From: an uncultured Chloroflexia bacterium
GTDB taxonomy: Bacteria > Chloroflexota > Anaerolineae > Anaerolineales > UBA4823
Length of the DNA: 64,000 bases
Direction of reading: 5' to 3'
Assembly: GCA_963788305.1 (NCBI GenBank)
Contig: CAWBGK010000016.1
Span: forward strand, 119,500 to 183,499
Both the position numbers and the translations under genes were made by a program. The notes below the pieces were generated by a model. The model was not told the origin of the DNA, did not search any database, and saw nothing but the letters and a program-made list of their open reading frames with translations. This document shows, piece by piece, positions 49,631 to 59,418 of the stretch (position 1 is its first letter; the number at the start of each line of letters is the position of its first letter).

Positions 49631-49660
49631 AGAAAGGGGGCGGCTCACACCACCCCCCTC
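49631..49660 (-). terminator. Possible terminator after the holin gene
   Basis: On the minus strand, GGGGGGTGG-tgtgag-CCGCCCCC is followed by TTTCT. The T-run is short. Confidence 0.35.
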
Positions 49661-49706
49661 CGTAAACACCACTCCCCAGTGTTGCTCGATTTGCTACCTG
49701 ACTGCG

Positions 49707-50054
49707 TTATTCGCAGTCTGAGTTGGCTGCGAGGACAGCCACGTTCTCGGCGTTGATCGCCTCATATACCTGCGCTTCGACCAGGTCGCTGAGAAAGTTT
49801 AAGTCTAGATAAATACCATGCTTGGCAAGCTCGGCCTCGAGCCGTGCAATGACATATGCTTTCTTCTCTTCGCCGTACTTTTCAAGGCCGTCCTTTAAGC
49901 CGTTCTGCTCAGCTGCCATCACAAGCTGGCGGGAAAGCTCGACCGCAAAGTTGAGCTTATCTGCATCAACCGAGGACTTAACCTTCTGGACGCCCCAGCG
50001 GATCAGCGGGATCACGACCACGGTCAAAATCACCGGGACAAAGACCTGGATCAT
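49707..50054 (-). CDS. Phage holin, LL-H-like (superfamily 6)
   Basis: A single N-terminal TM (VFVPVILTVVVIPLI), then a charged helical domain with ...QLVMAAEQ...GEEKKAYV...DLVEAQVYEAI, as in LL-H-type holins. Confidence 0.55.
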   Translation of the reverse strand: MIQVFVPVILTVVVIPLIRWGVQKVKSSVDADKLNFAVELSRQLVMAAEQNGLKDGLEKYGEEKKAYVIARLEAELAKHGIYLDLNFLSDLVEAQVYEAINAENVAVLAANSDCE

Positions 50055-50124
50055 GGTAACCGCAAGTGCCTGAAGAACATAAATCTGTATCCATGAAATA
50101 CCCTCCCAAGATTTTTTCTGAAAC

Positions 50125-50502
50125 TTAGTCTGTCCCCATCTGGATCACTGCGAAGTAGAGTTCAGTTGGGGTTGCAGGCGGGTCGATGAAGACACCATCG
50201 GTGATACCGCTGTCGGTATCAGCCTGCCCATACAGCCCGTTCGAGAACGGGCCGACCACGGCCACACCGTCAGCTACAACGGTAATGGTGAGATCGCCAA
50301 GAGTTGCGCCGTCGACTGTTGCAGGGCGTTTGATCGTCACAATGTGCGATGCTGAATGCAGGTTCTTGATGATGAGCAGTTTGCCTTTGCTCCGGTTGTC
50401 AAACACATGCTTGTTCGTGGCGTTTGCAGCCGTGAACGTGATCGCCGACAGAGCCTGCGTTCGCCCAGTCGTTTGAATTGCCAATACCCCTCTTGCTGCC
50501 AT
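50125..50502 (-). CDS. Hypothetical prophage protein (125 aa)
   Basis: An ORF in the co-directional phage gene series. No motif recognised. Confidence 0.4.
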   Translation of the reverse strand: MAARGVLAIQTTGRTQALSAITFTAANATNKHVFDNRSKGKLLIIKNLHSASHIVTIKRPATVDGATLGDLTITVVADGVAVVGPFSNGLYGQADTDSGITDGVFIDPPATPTELYFAVIQMGTD

Positions 50503-50517
50503 AGTAGTTCCTCCTGT

Positions 50518-50949
50518 TTACTGAATGCCAAAAAATCGAACTGCAAGATTTATGAGAATTCCAATTACGGTTGCCGCAAATACCGAGGCAATGCCCCATT
50601 TGAATTTGCGAAACTCGTCCTTCTCTTTCTTGGTCTCCTGCTTGCCCTCATTGCGCTCTGCGTCTTCACTGATATGCCTGCGCTCCACCTCGGTCACCCT
50701 ATCGGCCATCGTCAAGACAGCGGGACACATGGACTTATGGTCTTTCTCAAGCGCCTCTAGCCTGGCCTTGATCCCAGGTCCACCGTTTCCAAAGATTGCT
50801 TTCTCGATCCGGTCGACCTTTACCACCATTGATGCCTGGCGCTCATCCTGACGAATTGCCAGATCTCTGATCTCTAAAATTAATTTAAGCTGTTCGTCTT
50901 GAGCCATAGACGACATCCTTTGATTGTGTAGTTTCAGCGCTCTTTTCAA
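50518..50949 (-). CDS. Coiled-coil protein with a C-terminal TM anchor (XhlA-like architecture)
   Basis: An N-terminal heptad-rich region and a C-terminal TM (WGIASVFAATVIGILINLAV). Its position just upstream of the holin resembles xhlA-type lysis accessory genes. The real start may be an internal Met. Confidence 0.4.
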   Translation of the reverse strand: MKRALKLHNQRMSSMAQDEQLKLILEIRDLAIRQDERQASMVVKVDRIEKAIFGNGGPGIKARLEALEKDHKSMCPAVLTMADRVTEVERRHISEDAERNEGKQETKKEKDEFRKFKWGIASVFAATVIGILINLAVRFFGIQ

Positions 50950-50970
50950 TTACTTCAATCGGAAATGAGG

Positions 50971-51005
50971 CAAAAAAGAAAAAGCGGACATTGATTATGT
51001 CCGCT
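50971..51005 (-). terminator. Rho-independent terminator
   Basis: On the minus strand, AGCGGACAT-aatca-ATGTCCGCT is followed by TTTTTCTTTTTTG. Confidence 0.65.
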
Positions 51006-51029
51006 CTCTTATCTGCAAAACCCGCAGTC

Positions 51030-51368
51030 TTACTGCTGTGTTTCGAACATGATGAACGGCGAGATGCCGATCAGGTGCGCCGGTGAGATCTCCAGCTTCT
51101 CCAGTTCATTAATGTCCAGCGGAGAAACCTCAATAACAACATCTTCCTTCAGGAAAGACCCAAGTTCTTCATTCGTTGTGGTCTCGTCAGCCGTAATAAT
51201 CAGCTTTTGGCGCAGCTCGGCGAACTCCTCCACCTCTTTGTCGACCGCCCTCATCAGCTTCATCACCCGATAGGAAACAGGCAGTGGGAGCTTCTGCTGT
51301 CCAAGCCAGCGAAGTCCCTCAATAGCGTTCAGCACTTCATTCATAGTGACCGTAATAGCCATGCTCAC
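51030..51368 (-). CDS. Hypothetical prophage protein (112 aa)
   Basis: An ORF downstream of the tail fibre, followed by a strong terminator. Confidence 0.4.
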   Translation of the reverse strand: MSMAITVTMNEVLNAIEGLRWLGQQKLPLPVSYRVMKLMRAVDKEVEEFAELRQKLIITADETTTNEELGSFLKEDVVIEVSPLDINELEKLEISPAHLIGISPFIMFETQQ

Positions 51369-51432
51369 TCCTTATATATGCGGTGTTATAATACCGCTAT
51401 TAATTATAGCAGATTAACTGCCATTTGTCAAA

Positions 51433-51699
51433 TTACAGTTCAAACGTGATGTCGGTCTCTGCCGTCGTCCTGGCTGCATCCTCTGCCGACTTTACGGCAA
51501 GGTCTATCTCATAGGCAACAACAATCCGTTTTAGATGTTGGTAGATCACCCGCTTAACAAACTGGGCTTTCGTCATCGGATTTTGGATTAAGTTGTTATT
51601 TACATCCAGAATAGTTGCCTGATAGCCATAGCGTGTGCAAACTGCATCGGTCACCCGCTGTGCAATTGCGTCCGGAACTGTTAGTGTAATTGAAGCCAT
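51433..51699 (-). CDS. Hypothetical prophage protein (88 aa)
   Basis: The ORF starts 9 nt after the tail fibre stop. Confidence 0.4.
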   Translation of the reverse strand: MASITLTVPDAIAQRVTDAVCTRYGYQATILDVNNNLIQNPMTKAQFVKRVIYQHLKRIVVAYEIDLAVKSAEDAARTTAETDITFEL

Positions 51700-51708
51700 T
51701 GTTGTCTC

Positions 51709-54700
51709 CTATTCGACACGAAGTTGCGCTCCGGCAAGCCAGACAGAACCGGCAAAAGTATCATTTGCGTGAGCGGCATCTCGGGTTACTTCGATTGCAA
51801 AGCACACTTCTCTTGTGTGCCCATACGTCCAGTTGATACTGGAGGTCAGGTTGATCGAATGTTTTACAATCCGACTTTCTGTTGTGCCACTACACGCATA
51901 CGCCGTGTTATTGGTATCGCTGAATGCGTAGCTAGCCATGCTCTGGGCGTCTTTCAGGGTTCGAGCGGTGAACTCCCAAACCACATTGCCAGTGCCTGTT
52001 GATTTCGGCGCAACGAACAGGTCGAGATAGACTGTCCGGTTGCGCCATGTGAATGGGAACTTGGACGAAAAAGCGAAGGAAGGCGTACCAGAGTTTGGAA
52101 ATTCACGAATCTGCGTGTACCAACCAACTACTGTGCCAGCCCCGTTGTAGTAGTAGAAACCGTGGATGTTGAGTGGGATCGTGTCGGCCTCCAGGTTCAT
52201 CTTTACCCCGGAATCTTCTGTCCAGTAGGGGGCGTCGTTGTAGCTGTAGATGCGCCCATACCCTGCGCTTGGTGTTGCCGGCGCAGTCGCACGATCTCCC
52301 AAGTCCAGCAAGCCATCCGCAATGATATTGTCGTTCGCAACGGTTCCTGTTTTGTTGCCTACATATAAGCCGCCATCCGTTCTGATGTGGCTTGTGGCAA
52401 GCAACTCGCCAACTGCGGGGGTCCCCGTTAGCGTCCCAAGAAGCAAACCACCATCCACCTTTACATCAGTAATGCCAGCCGATGCTCCATAAAGTTGGAT
52501 TAGCGAACCAAATATTTTTACTTCTGAGTTGCCAGAACCCCCAGCCTCTACCATAACCTGTGCGCTGTAATTTCCGTTGGATGTAGAAATCGAGCTATTT
52601 GCTAGTTGCCCATCCGTTGTTACATCAAAGCCGAGATAGCCTTTATCTCCGGCTGGTGGAGTCAAAGCAATTCCACCGTAGGCAATATCGATTGTTGTGT
52701 CTACCCAACGAGCATTGACGGTAAGTAACGTGACACCACCGTAGGCGTATTTGATCCGATTGTCATCTGTGCCAGCAGCGTTTACGGTCAGTCCGTTAGA
52801 GTCAATGACAACTGTGCCGCCACCGCCATACAGTTTGCCATCTGTGCCTGCGTACCACTGCGCAACGCCAGCGTTGTAGCCAGCGATCTGGCCGATTCCG
52901 CCAGAGTTCCAAATCTTCAGCCCAATGGTCGGAGATGCAAACGTGCCAGTGCCCTGGTAGATGCCACCGCTCGAACCAATAGTCAAGATACCATCAATGT
53001 CCAGCCCACCAAGATATCCGGCATTGGCATCGATGGTCCCGGTGATGGATGCATTCGATGCTGTCAATGCACCAGCCGGGGTAACCCGAAACGGAGCAGT
53101 CGCCCTATTGGCAACTGTAGCCCCTGCAAAAAATGGGTAGTCGACAGGATACATACCGGAACTGGTAGCATCTGTTCCAGTATCTTTTGCCAGAGATGCT
53201 GTGTTGATCGTCCACCCGGCAATCGCTCCACCATCGGCTGTGATATCTCCTACAATCGAGAGAGCAGAGCCACTCCAAAGGATTTTATCTCCAGACGAAT
53301 TTCCAATGAACAACCTGGGTGTACCGCCATTGAATTCCAGCCACCAGCCGGTACCTGAGTTATATGCAGTCGCCCCGCTCTTGATCACACCGGACGTACC
53401 AACATCGAGTGTGCCAGATACGGTCAGTCCACTCAACGATCCAGAAGTTGCTGTAATACTCCCAGTAATGGTTGCACTTGTGGCTGTCAAGGCACCTGCT
53501 GGCGTAACCCGGAAGGGTGCCGACGCTCGGTTAGCATAGGTAGCTCCGGCATAGAATGGGTAGTCGGTAGGAGCCATGCCAGAACTGGTATTTGCATCAC
53601 CCGTATCTTTTGCATTGTAGGCTGAGTTTATTGTCCAGCCACCGATAGATCCGCCATCCGCTGTGATATCCCCTGTCAATGTGAGAGACGTGCCGTTCCA
53701 TAAAATTTTGTCACCGGATGCATTGCCAATGAACAACCTGGGAGTGCCAGCATTGTAGTCAAGCCACCAGCCTGTACCGATGTCATAGCCAGAAGCACCG
53801 CTCTTGATGACACCTGCCGTGCTGACGTCAAGCGTACCCGAGACTATCAGTGCCTTCAAATACCCGTCGTCGGCGTTGATCGTGCCCCGGATTACCATCC
53901 CGGTTGCTGGAGCGTAGTAGGCGTACTCGTTTCCTGAGTAGTCACCAGCTGCCCAACCGTAGACCTCAACCCCGATGGGCCCCCAACCGTTAAGGTCGCC
54001 GATCCGCACGCACTCAGTCGCTGTGTTATACGCAGCCCCCTGCTTGTAGAGACTGATCCGAGGCGTGCTGTAGGAGTTGAGCTCGATCCGTCCAGCCCCG
54101 TCCTGCCCAAGCACAATAAACACCGTGCCTGAAGACCAGGATGGATCCGTGCCGTGAGCAGACGCCAGGTCACGGGTGACGTTGTAGGTCGTTCCGCTGA
54201 CCAGTGTGCCAACCTTGATGTACTCCCGCTTGGCAGCCCCGGCAATATCCAATCCGCTCACCAGGACAAAGTCATTCTGGATCATAGTTTTGCCAAAGTT
54301 TATGGTCGTATCGGCTGAGCCTACCGTTGCGGCAAAAGTGCCCTCGTCTTTTGTGATGACCAGCCAGCCGCCCAACACAGAAGCGGTTTCCTGCACGAAC
54401 AGGATTGCGGCGATCTCAGAAGCATATACCCTGCTCCACAGACGGTCGTAGCCACCCAGATCATAGGTATTCGTAGCCTCCGGCTGGATCTTCCTGGATG
54501 TCATCGTAGCTTGGAAAGTGTGTGCACCGGTCCAAGTGTAGGCTTCCGAAGTAGTCAGCGACACGCCGTTTGCATCCACAGTAATATGAGAGCCTGGGTC
54601 AACAGCAAGTCCAGTAGAGCTGTTCAAAATTAGCCCAGAGGTCGTCTGAAGCTTGACTGCTACCTTGTCTGTAGAGATTTGAATTCCATCGCCCGGGTTG

Positions 54701-56307
54701 ACAGCGAAAGTCCCAGCTGAAAACACCAATCCGTCGCCAGCAAAAGTGCTGAGCAGTGTCCAGGATGGCGTGTAAGGTGCAGCCCCGGTCACAGGAATCT
54801 GATACTGTGCAGTCCCATTCGACAAACCGACGTTGTCGGCTGCGACGCTGATTAAAGTACCTGCACCTACAGAAAGGACTTTGCTTGCAATGGTAAGCCC
54901 GTTGCCCGCTATAGTGTCTGCAAGCGCAAGGCCGTTCGTGTCAACTGAAAGGCCCGACGTTGCATTTAGTTTGATCGCTACTGCATCCGTGCTGATCTGG
55001 ATGCCATTTCCTACACTAATGTCAAACCCAGATGAAAAGGTAAGCCCGCTCCCCGCAAGTGTGCTGAGCGCCGTCCAAGAGGGTGTGAATGGGGTAGTCC
55101 CAGTCAAAGGTACTTGATATTGAGCAGTGCCGTTCGACAAGCCTATACTGTCGGCAGCAACACTCATCAAAGTACCTGCTCCAACAGCAATAACTTTATT
55201 CGTAATCGAGAGGCCGTTACCTGCAACAGTGTCTGCAAGCACCAGACCATTTGCATCTACAGAGAGACCTGATGTTGTCGCTAATTTAATCGCCACGGCA
55301 TCTGCAGCGATTTGGATCCCATTGCCTACAGCTACATCAAATGCCGATGTGAAAGTAAGACCACTCCCCGCAAAGCTGCTGAGTAGTGTATAAGCTGGTG
55401 TGAAGGGGGAAGCGCCTGTCACAGGCACCTGATACTGAGCAGTCCCAACGGATAGAGAAACAGCATCCGCAGCCACGCTGATCAACGTACCTGCCCCAAC
55501 CGAGATGATTTTGCTAGCTACAGTAAGGCCGTTACCTGCGACAGTATCTGCCAGCGCCAGGCCATTGCCATCCAACTCAAGTCCAGATGTAGACTTTAAG
55601 GCCACCGCAACAGCATCAGCGGCAACCGAGATCCCATTTCCAGCGCCGACTGCCAGCACCTTGTTGGTTATTGCCAGGCCATTGCCAGCGATTGCATCTG
55701 CCAGTGCCAGCCCGTTTACATCCACCTCAAGTCCAGAGGTGGACTTCAAACTGACTGCGAGGGAAATATTTGATGTAAGCGCTCCACCCCCGCTCAGGCC
55801 GTTGCCAGCACTGACCGACTTATTGAGTTGGTCTGCTTTCAGCCCGGTAACTGTCACACCCTGAGCATTCGTCCCAAGAGCAAAAGGCGCAACAGCAGTG
55901 CCTGGTGAAAATGAATGCTGGGCCGTGATCGTCCTGGCCGTGCTGACGTGGACATAGTTTGTGTGGTCATCGGCGCTCATCGAACTATGGTGTTTGGACG
56001 TATTCCCATCGTGAGCGCTGATATCTACGCCATCAATTGTGACACCGCTGTTCACAGACAGGTTCCCGGTAAGCGCCCGGGTGCCATCAGTCAGCAATGC
56101 CAGCGGGTAAACCGCTTTTGGGAAAAACCCACTGCTGTCCAGCGCCAGGATGTTGTTTGCGGTCGGGGTTGCGTAGGCGTGGTAGGCGTCAACCGTGTCT
56201 GCGTTGCCTCCAGTCGTCCCAATCAGGTCATCGGCAATAATCTGCCGGGCGTAGATTTCGATCAAACCTCCGAGCGGAAGACCCAAGATAATAGAGGGCG
56301 TCCTCAT
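51709..56307 (-). CDS. Giant tail fibre protein (1532 aa) with two classes of internal tandem repeats
   Basis: It has Gly/Ala/Thr-rich beta-structure composition, repeated SGL.VD.NGLALAD..AGNGL units, and a duplicated 141-aa module. It sits after the tail/baseplate genes. The frame is uninterrupted over 4.6 kb. Confidence 0.8.
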   Translation of the reverse strand: MRTPSIILGLPLGGLIEIYARQIIADDLIGTTGGNADTVDAYHAYATPTANNILALDSSGFFPKAVYPLALLTDGTRALTGNLSVNSGVTIDGVDISAHDGNTSKHHSSMSADDHTNYVHVSTARTITAQHSFSPGTAVAPFALGTNAQGVTVTGLKADQLNKSVSAGNGLSGGGALTSNISLAVSLKSTSGLEVDVNGLALADAIAGNGLAITNKVLAVGAGNGISVAADAVAVALKSTSGLELDGNGLALADTVAGNGLTVASKIISVGAGTLISVAADAVSLSVGTAQYQVPVTGASPFTPAYTLLSSFAGSGLTFTSAFDVAVGNGIQIAADAVAIKLATTSGLSVDANGLVLADTVAGNGLSITNKVIAVGAGTLMSVAADSIGLSNGTAQYQVPLTGTTPFTPSWTALSTLAGSGLTFSSGFDISVGNGIQISTDAVAIKLNATSGLSVDTNGLALADTIAGNGLTIASKVLSVGAGTLISVAADNVGLSNGTAQYQIPVTGAAPYTPSWTLLSTFAGDGLVFSAGTFAVNPGDGIQISTDKVAVKLQTTSGLILNSSTGLAVDPGSHITVDANGVSLTTSEAYTWTGAHTFQATMTSRKIQPEATNTYDLGGYDRLWSRVYASEIAAILFVQETASVLGGWLVITKDEGTFAATVGSADTTINFGKTMIQNDFVLVSGLDIAGAAKREYIKVGTLVSGTTYNVTRDLASAHGTDPSWSSGTVFIVLGQDGAGRIELNSYSTPRISLYKQGAAYNTATECVRIGDLNGWGPIGVEVYGWAAGDYSGNEYAYYAPATGMVIRGTINADDGYLKALIVSGTLDVSTAGVIKSGASGYDIGTGWWLDYNAGTPRLFIGNASGDKILWNGTSLTLTGDITADGGSIGGWTINSAYNAKDTGDANTSSGMAPTDYPFYAGATYANRASAPFRVTPAGALTATSATITGSITATSGSLSGLTVSGTLDVGTSGVIKSGATAYNSGTGWWLEFNGGTPRLFIGNSSGDKILWSGSALSIVGDITADGGAIAGWTINTASLAKDTGTDATSSGMYPVDYPFFAGATVANRATAPFRVTPAGALTASNASITGTIDANAGYLGGLDIDGILTIGSSGGIYQGTGTFASPTIGLKIWNSGGIGQIAGYNAGVAQWYAGTDGKLYGGGGTVVIDSNGLTVNAAGTDDNRIKYAYGGVTLLTVNARWVDTTIDIAYGGIALTPPAGDKGYLGFDVTTDGQLANSSISTSNGNYSAQVMVEAGGSGNSEVKIFGSLIQLYGASAGITDVKVDGGLLLGTLTGTPAVGELLATSHIRTDGGLYVGNKTGTVANDNIIADGLLDLGDRATAPATPSAGYGRIYSYNDAPYWTEDSGVKMNLEADTIPLNIHGFYYYNGAGTVVGWYTQIREFPNSGTPSFAFSSKFPFTWRNRTVYLDLFVAPKSTGTGNVVWEFTARTLKDAQSMASYAFSDTNNTAYACSGTTESRIVKHSINLTSSINWTYGHTREVCFAIEVTRDAAHANDTFAGSVWLAGAQLRVE
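52993..53874 (-). repeat. Tandem duplication of a 141-aa tail-fibre module
   Basis: aa 824-962 (GTLDVSTAGVIKSGASGYDIGTGWWLDYNAGTPRLFIGNASGDKILW...APFRVTPAGALTA) is repeated at aa 965-1103 (GTLDVGTSGVIKSGATAYNSGTGWWLEFNGGTPRLFIGNSSGDKILW...APFRVTPAGALTA). Confidence 0.7.
54553..55815 (-). repeat. Tail-fibre shaft repeats (period about 105 aa / 315 nt, about 4 units)
   Basis: KSTSGLEVDVNGLALADAIAGNGL (aa 188), KSTSGLELDGNGLALADTVAGNGL (238), ATTSGLSVDANGLVLADTVAGNGL (343) and NATSGLSVDTNGLALADTIAGNGL (448), each followed by VGAGTLISVAAD and GTAQYQVP.TG..P.TP. Confidence 0.7.
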
Positions 56308-56394
56308 CAGGGTTAATATTCCCGCCGACGGTAGAGTTCCCCTTCCTGGAGATAAAATGGCTTTTCAAAAAGTCCAGCAATGCTGCATCAACTC

Positions 56395-57936
56395 TCATTG
56401 CAACCCCCCACTAATCCCAAGCCGTCCAAGCATGACGTCAAATGCTGTGTCAACCGAGCCGAGCGTAAATGACAGCGTACCGCTGGACGCACTATACGAC
56501 GTGCTCATCACAATGCCCATGAAACTATGCGCCGCAATCCCCTGGATGTCGTTTGCACTGGCGTTCAGTCCATCCAGATCGGTTATCAGCACCCTGTGGC
56601 CAGCCCGAATATTGTAAGGCTCCCGTAAGATCCCCATGGTGTCTTTGATCAGGCCGACAACATCAAACTGCGCCTCCTGGGTTGGGTACTTGTATTTTTC
56701 AAGCAACCCGTCCCGGATATCTTCGGCAAGCGCTTCGCCTTCCGGGCTGTTGCCGTTCTGAGCGACAGCTTCGATCACACCATAACGACCCTGAGAATAA
56801 GTATCCTCACCAGGGAGTGTTAAAGATACCCCGGCATCCGTATCATCATAGACAGCATAGATTTTGTTAGCCACATTGCTCATCGAATACGTCAGCGATT
56901 TTAGTGAAGTTGACGATTCGCCGTTGATGTTCAGAATTGACAGGAACCAATCAATTCCAAGGACCCAGTCTGAGTCCGCCACCACATGTGGCATCCGGTT
57001 TTCCCAAATCGCAAAATAGGCGGGGGTTGGTTTGGCGTTTGAATATCCATACCCCATCAGCGACTTAATGATGTCCTTCACCTTTCGGTGCTCAAAGTCG
57101 ATATCATTCTTATCGAATGAGTAGTCACTTTCGTTGACAAAGATGCGGCTCGAATCCCACGATGGAATCAGGTCGATGCAGTCGTACAGGATGTTTTCAA
57201 CGACAAGATTGTTTGAAGGCCCCCTCGTGTTTGCGCTAGTGGGGGCAGCCGTAAGCCCGGTGCAGGACCCATTGCTGATCGAAATATTTAAAGTAGAATT
57301 GTTGACCGTATAAATCTTACGGGTCAGGACAACATTAGCATCTGTTCCGCCTATTGTAAACAGATTGGTGACCTCTTCTACAGCGTTCAATCCATTCCGT
57401 ATCTTAGTAGCAACCACAGTAGCGCCATCGCCCAAGGCGACGGTGATGGCATAAGTCCTATTCGGATTATCACCAAATTCCGCAGATGTTATCGTGACAC
57501 TGGCACTGCCGCTCATCGAGACCGTGCCAACCACAGTCGCAGTCTCGATCTGAGTCATGGGAGGATAAAGGTCTTCCATAAGCACGTCGTTCGCTTTGGC
57601 GTAGTACCCAAGGCAGTTTACTTGCATGTTGAACCCCGATGTGGAAACGTCAATAACAAACCCCTCATAAACTCGCTTCGCTAAGGCGTCATAGATCACA
57701 ATATGGGCATTCAGGTAGATGCGCATCCTGACTGCAGTAAGGTCTCGGCTGCCGTAGACCGAAAAGGAACAGGTGCCAAACCCACCGTGAAACCCGGTGG
57801 TGAACGTCAAAGAATCAGAAACATCCAAATTCTCAAAATATCGAGCAGGGTGCTCCCAATCCCACGAACTGTCGTAAATCAGGTTGTTATGAATGTATAC
57901 TGCCGCAAAGAATTCCATGTTTGGCTCACATCGCAA
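56395..57936 (-). CDS. Tail/baseplate protein (Tal-position gene)
   Basis: A 513-aa ORF between the Dit-position gene and the tail fibre. The assignment is by synteny only. Confidence 0.5.
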   Translation of the reverse strand: MRCEPNMEFFAAVYIHNNLIYDSSWDWEHPARYFENLDVSDSLTFTTGFHGGFGTCSFSVYGSRDLTAVRMRIYLNAHIVIYDALAKRVYEGFVIDVSTSGFNMQVNCLGYYAKANDVLMEDLYPPMTQIETATVVGTVSMSGSASVTITSAEFGDNPNRTYAITVALGDGATVVATKIRNGLNAVEEVTNLFTIGGTDANVVLTRKIYTVNNSTLNISISNGSCTGLTAAPTSANTRGPSNNLVVENILYDCIDLIPSWDSSRIFVNESDYSFDKNDIDFEHRKVKDIIKSLMGYGYSNAKPTPAYFAIWENRMPHVVADSDWVLGIDWFLSILNINGESSTSLKSLTYSMSNVANKIYAVYDDTDAGVSLTLPGEDTYSQGRYGVIEAVAQNGNSPEGEALAEDIRDGLLEKYKYPTQEAQFDVVGLIKDTMGILREPYNIRAGHRVLITDLDGLNASANDIQGIAAHSFMGIVMSTSYSASSGTLSFTLGSVDTAFDVMLGRLGISGGLQ

Positions 57937-59415
57937 GCGTCAAATAAGTAGGTACACCGAAAAGCCGGACATTTAACAGTCTGTTTCTATCTACTTTACC
58001 ATCTTCAGGATCGGCTCCAATCGACTGGAAGCAGACCACCTGGTCAAGACCCGGCTGAAGTTTTATCGGCTCCATCAGCCCATACCACGGGTTGGACGTA
58101 CCTAAGACAGACGGGTGAAGCGAATATTCCTGCCCCTGCCAGGCGTCATCCACCGCTGTAAAATCCTGGTTCGAAATTGCATCTCTTGATCGAAGGATGC
58201 GAAAGCCGTCCCGAATTGGAAGGAAGGTCAAATAGTCAAATTCAATCGTGTGAGCTGCATCTGCAGCATGGAACAGCGCAAAGCTGATATCCAGGTAATC
58301 GTATGTAGCCGGGGGAACAATGTTGCCAGGGGGCCAATGAATGCTGGCTATCGGGTGCGTGGTGTGGTCTGTGTTTATTTTTACAAACTCAGTAACATAC
58401 CTCATGTTCGTTGTAACGTAAGAATCTGTTCCAACCGCAAGCATCACATTGGAAGTCGTGGTCTTCGTTAGAGTATGAAGAAAAGTAAAATACATCCCCT
58501 TAGAAATCTCGACGTTGCCCACATGATCATAGCAAGTCCCGGGTTATGTGCTTCCGGAAGCGATGTTCCACTCACTGAACCATTATAGGCATCCGTGTCA
58601 TCATCATCCGTATAATAGTTTTCTTGTATTCTGGTATCTTCATTGTCTAACAATAAAGATGTATCGGAATAGGGATCGGTGAAGGGGTAAACCTGCTGTC
58701 CCATATAAATATGAGACCAGCGTGAAAATGTTGCGCCTGGACCAATCTCCCACCGGGTCAGCCAGGGTGAAGAGCCCGGCACATCGTCACCATCGACCAT
58801 CACGTAATGGTTATTGCTGCCTCCAGGATTTCCAACCACAATTCCACCTGTCGTCTTTGACGCTATGCTGTGGTTGTACAGCGGGATTTCATACGTGACT
58901 GCTTCCAGGGAGCCTATGTTTTTATAAAGGGAAACTCCGTACCCAAACGCACTGAGGTACAGGTTCAGCTGGCAGTTGGCAACGCCATACCTGCCCTCAG
59001 AATGCCAATGGATTTTAGCAACCGAAAGGATATCGTCTGGAAAAGAGACGTCCCCGCCGTAAACCTCAAAGTACGTGAGGTTATCTGCACCCTCCCAGGA
59101 ATAGGACAACTCAACCCTTTGACCTGCATGATATCTCGACCGATTAAGCGCCCGCCCAAGCAGGCGTTCGATCTTATGGAGCGATTCGATCACATCATGT
59201 CTGGTCGGGCCTCTGATCTCAAAGCCGATCTTCGCATCCCGGTACTGGTAGTTGTTCGAAACCGGAACGTAGAAGTTGGAATAATATGGCACGAGCGTAC
59301 GTTGTGTCTTAGCAAGACCTATGTTGAACTCGCCATCTTCCACCAGATAAATCGAGCTCAAAAAGTCTACGGACTCTACACCGTCTGTTAACTGCAGTCT
59401 AAATAGCTGCGACAT
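57926..59415 (-). CDS. Distal-tail-protein-position gene; one frameshift near 58540
   Basis: ORFs 58468..59415 and 57926..58522 overlap and read through. The gene lies directly downstream of the tape measure. Confidence 0.45.
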
Positions 59416-59418
59416 TCA

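Noticed and set aside
52993-55864. Periodic DNA in the tail-fibre gene as a CRISPR array or satellite
   Set aside because: The units are 315 and 423 nt long, contiguous without spacers, and maintain one long reading frame with conserved peptide motifs. They are coding tandem repeats.
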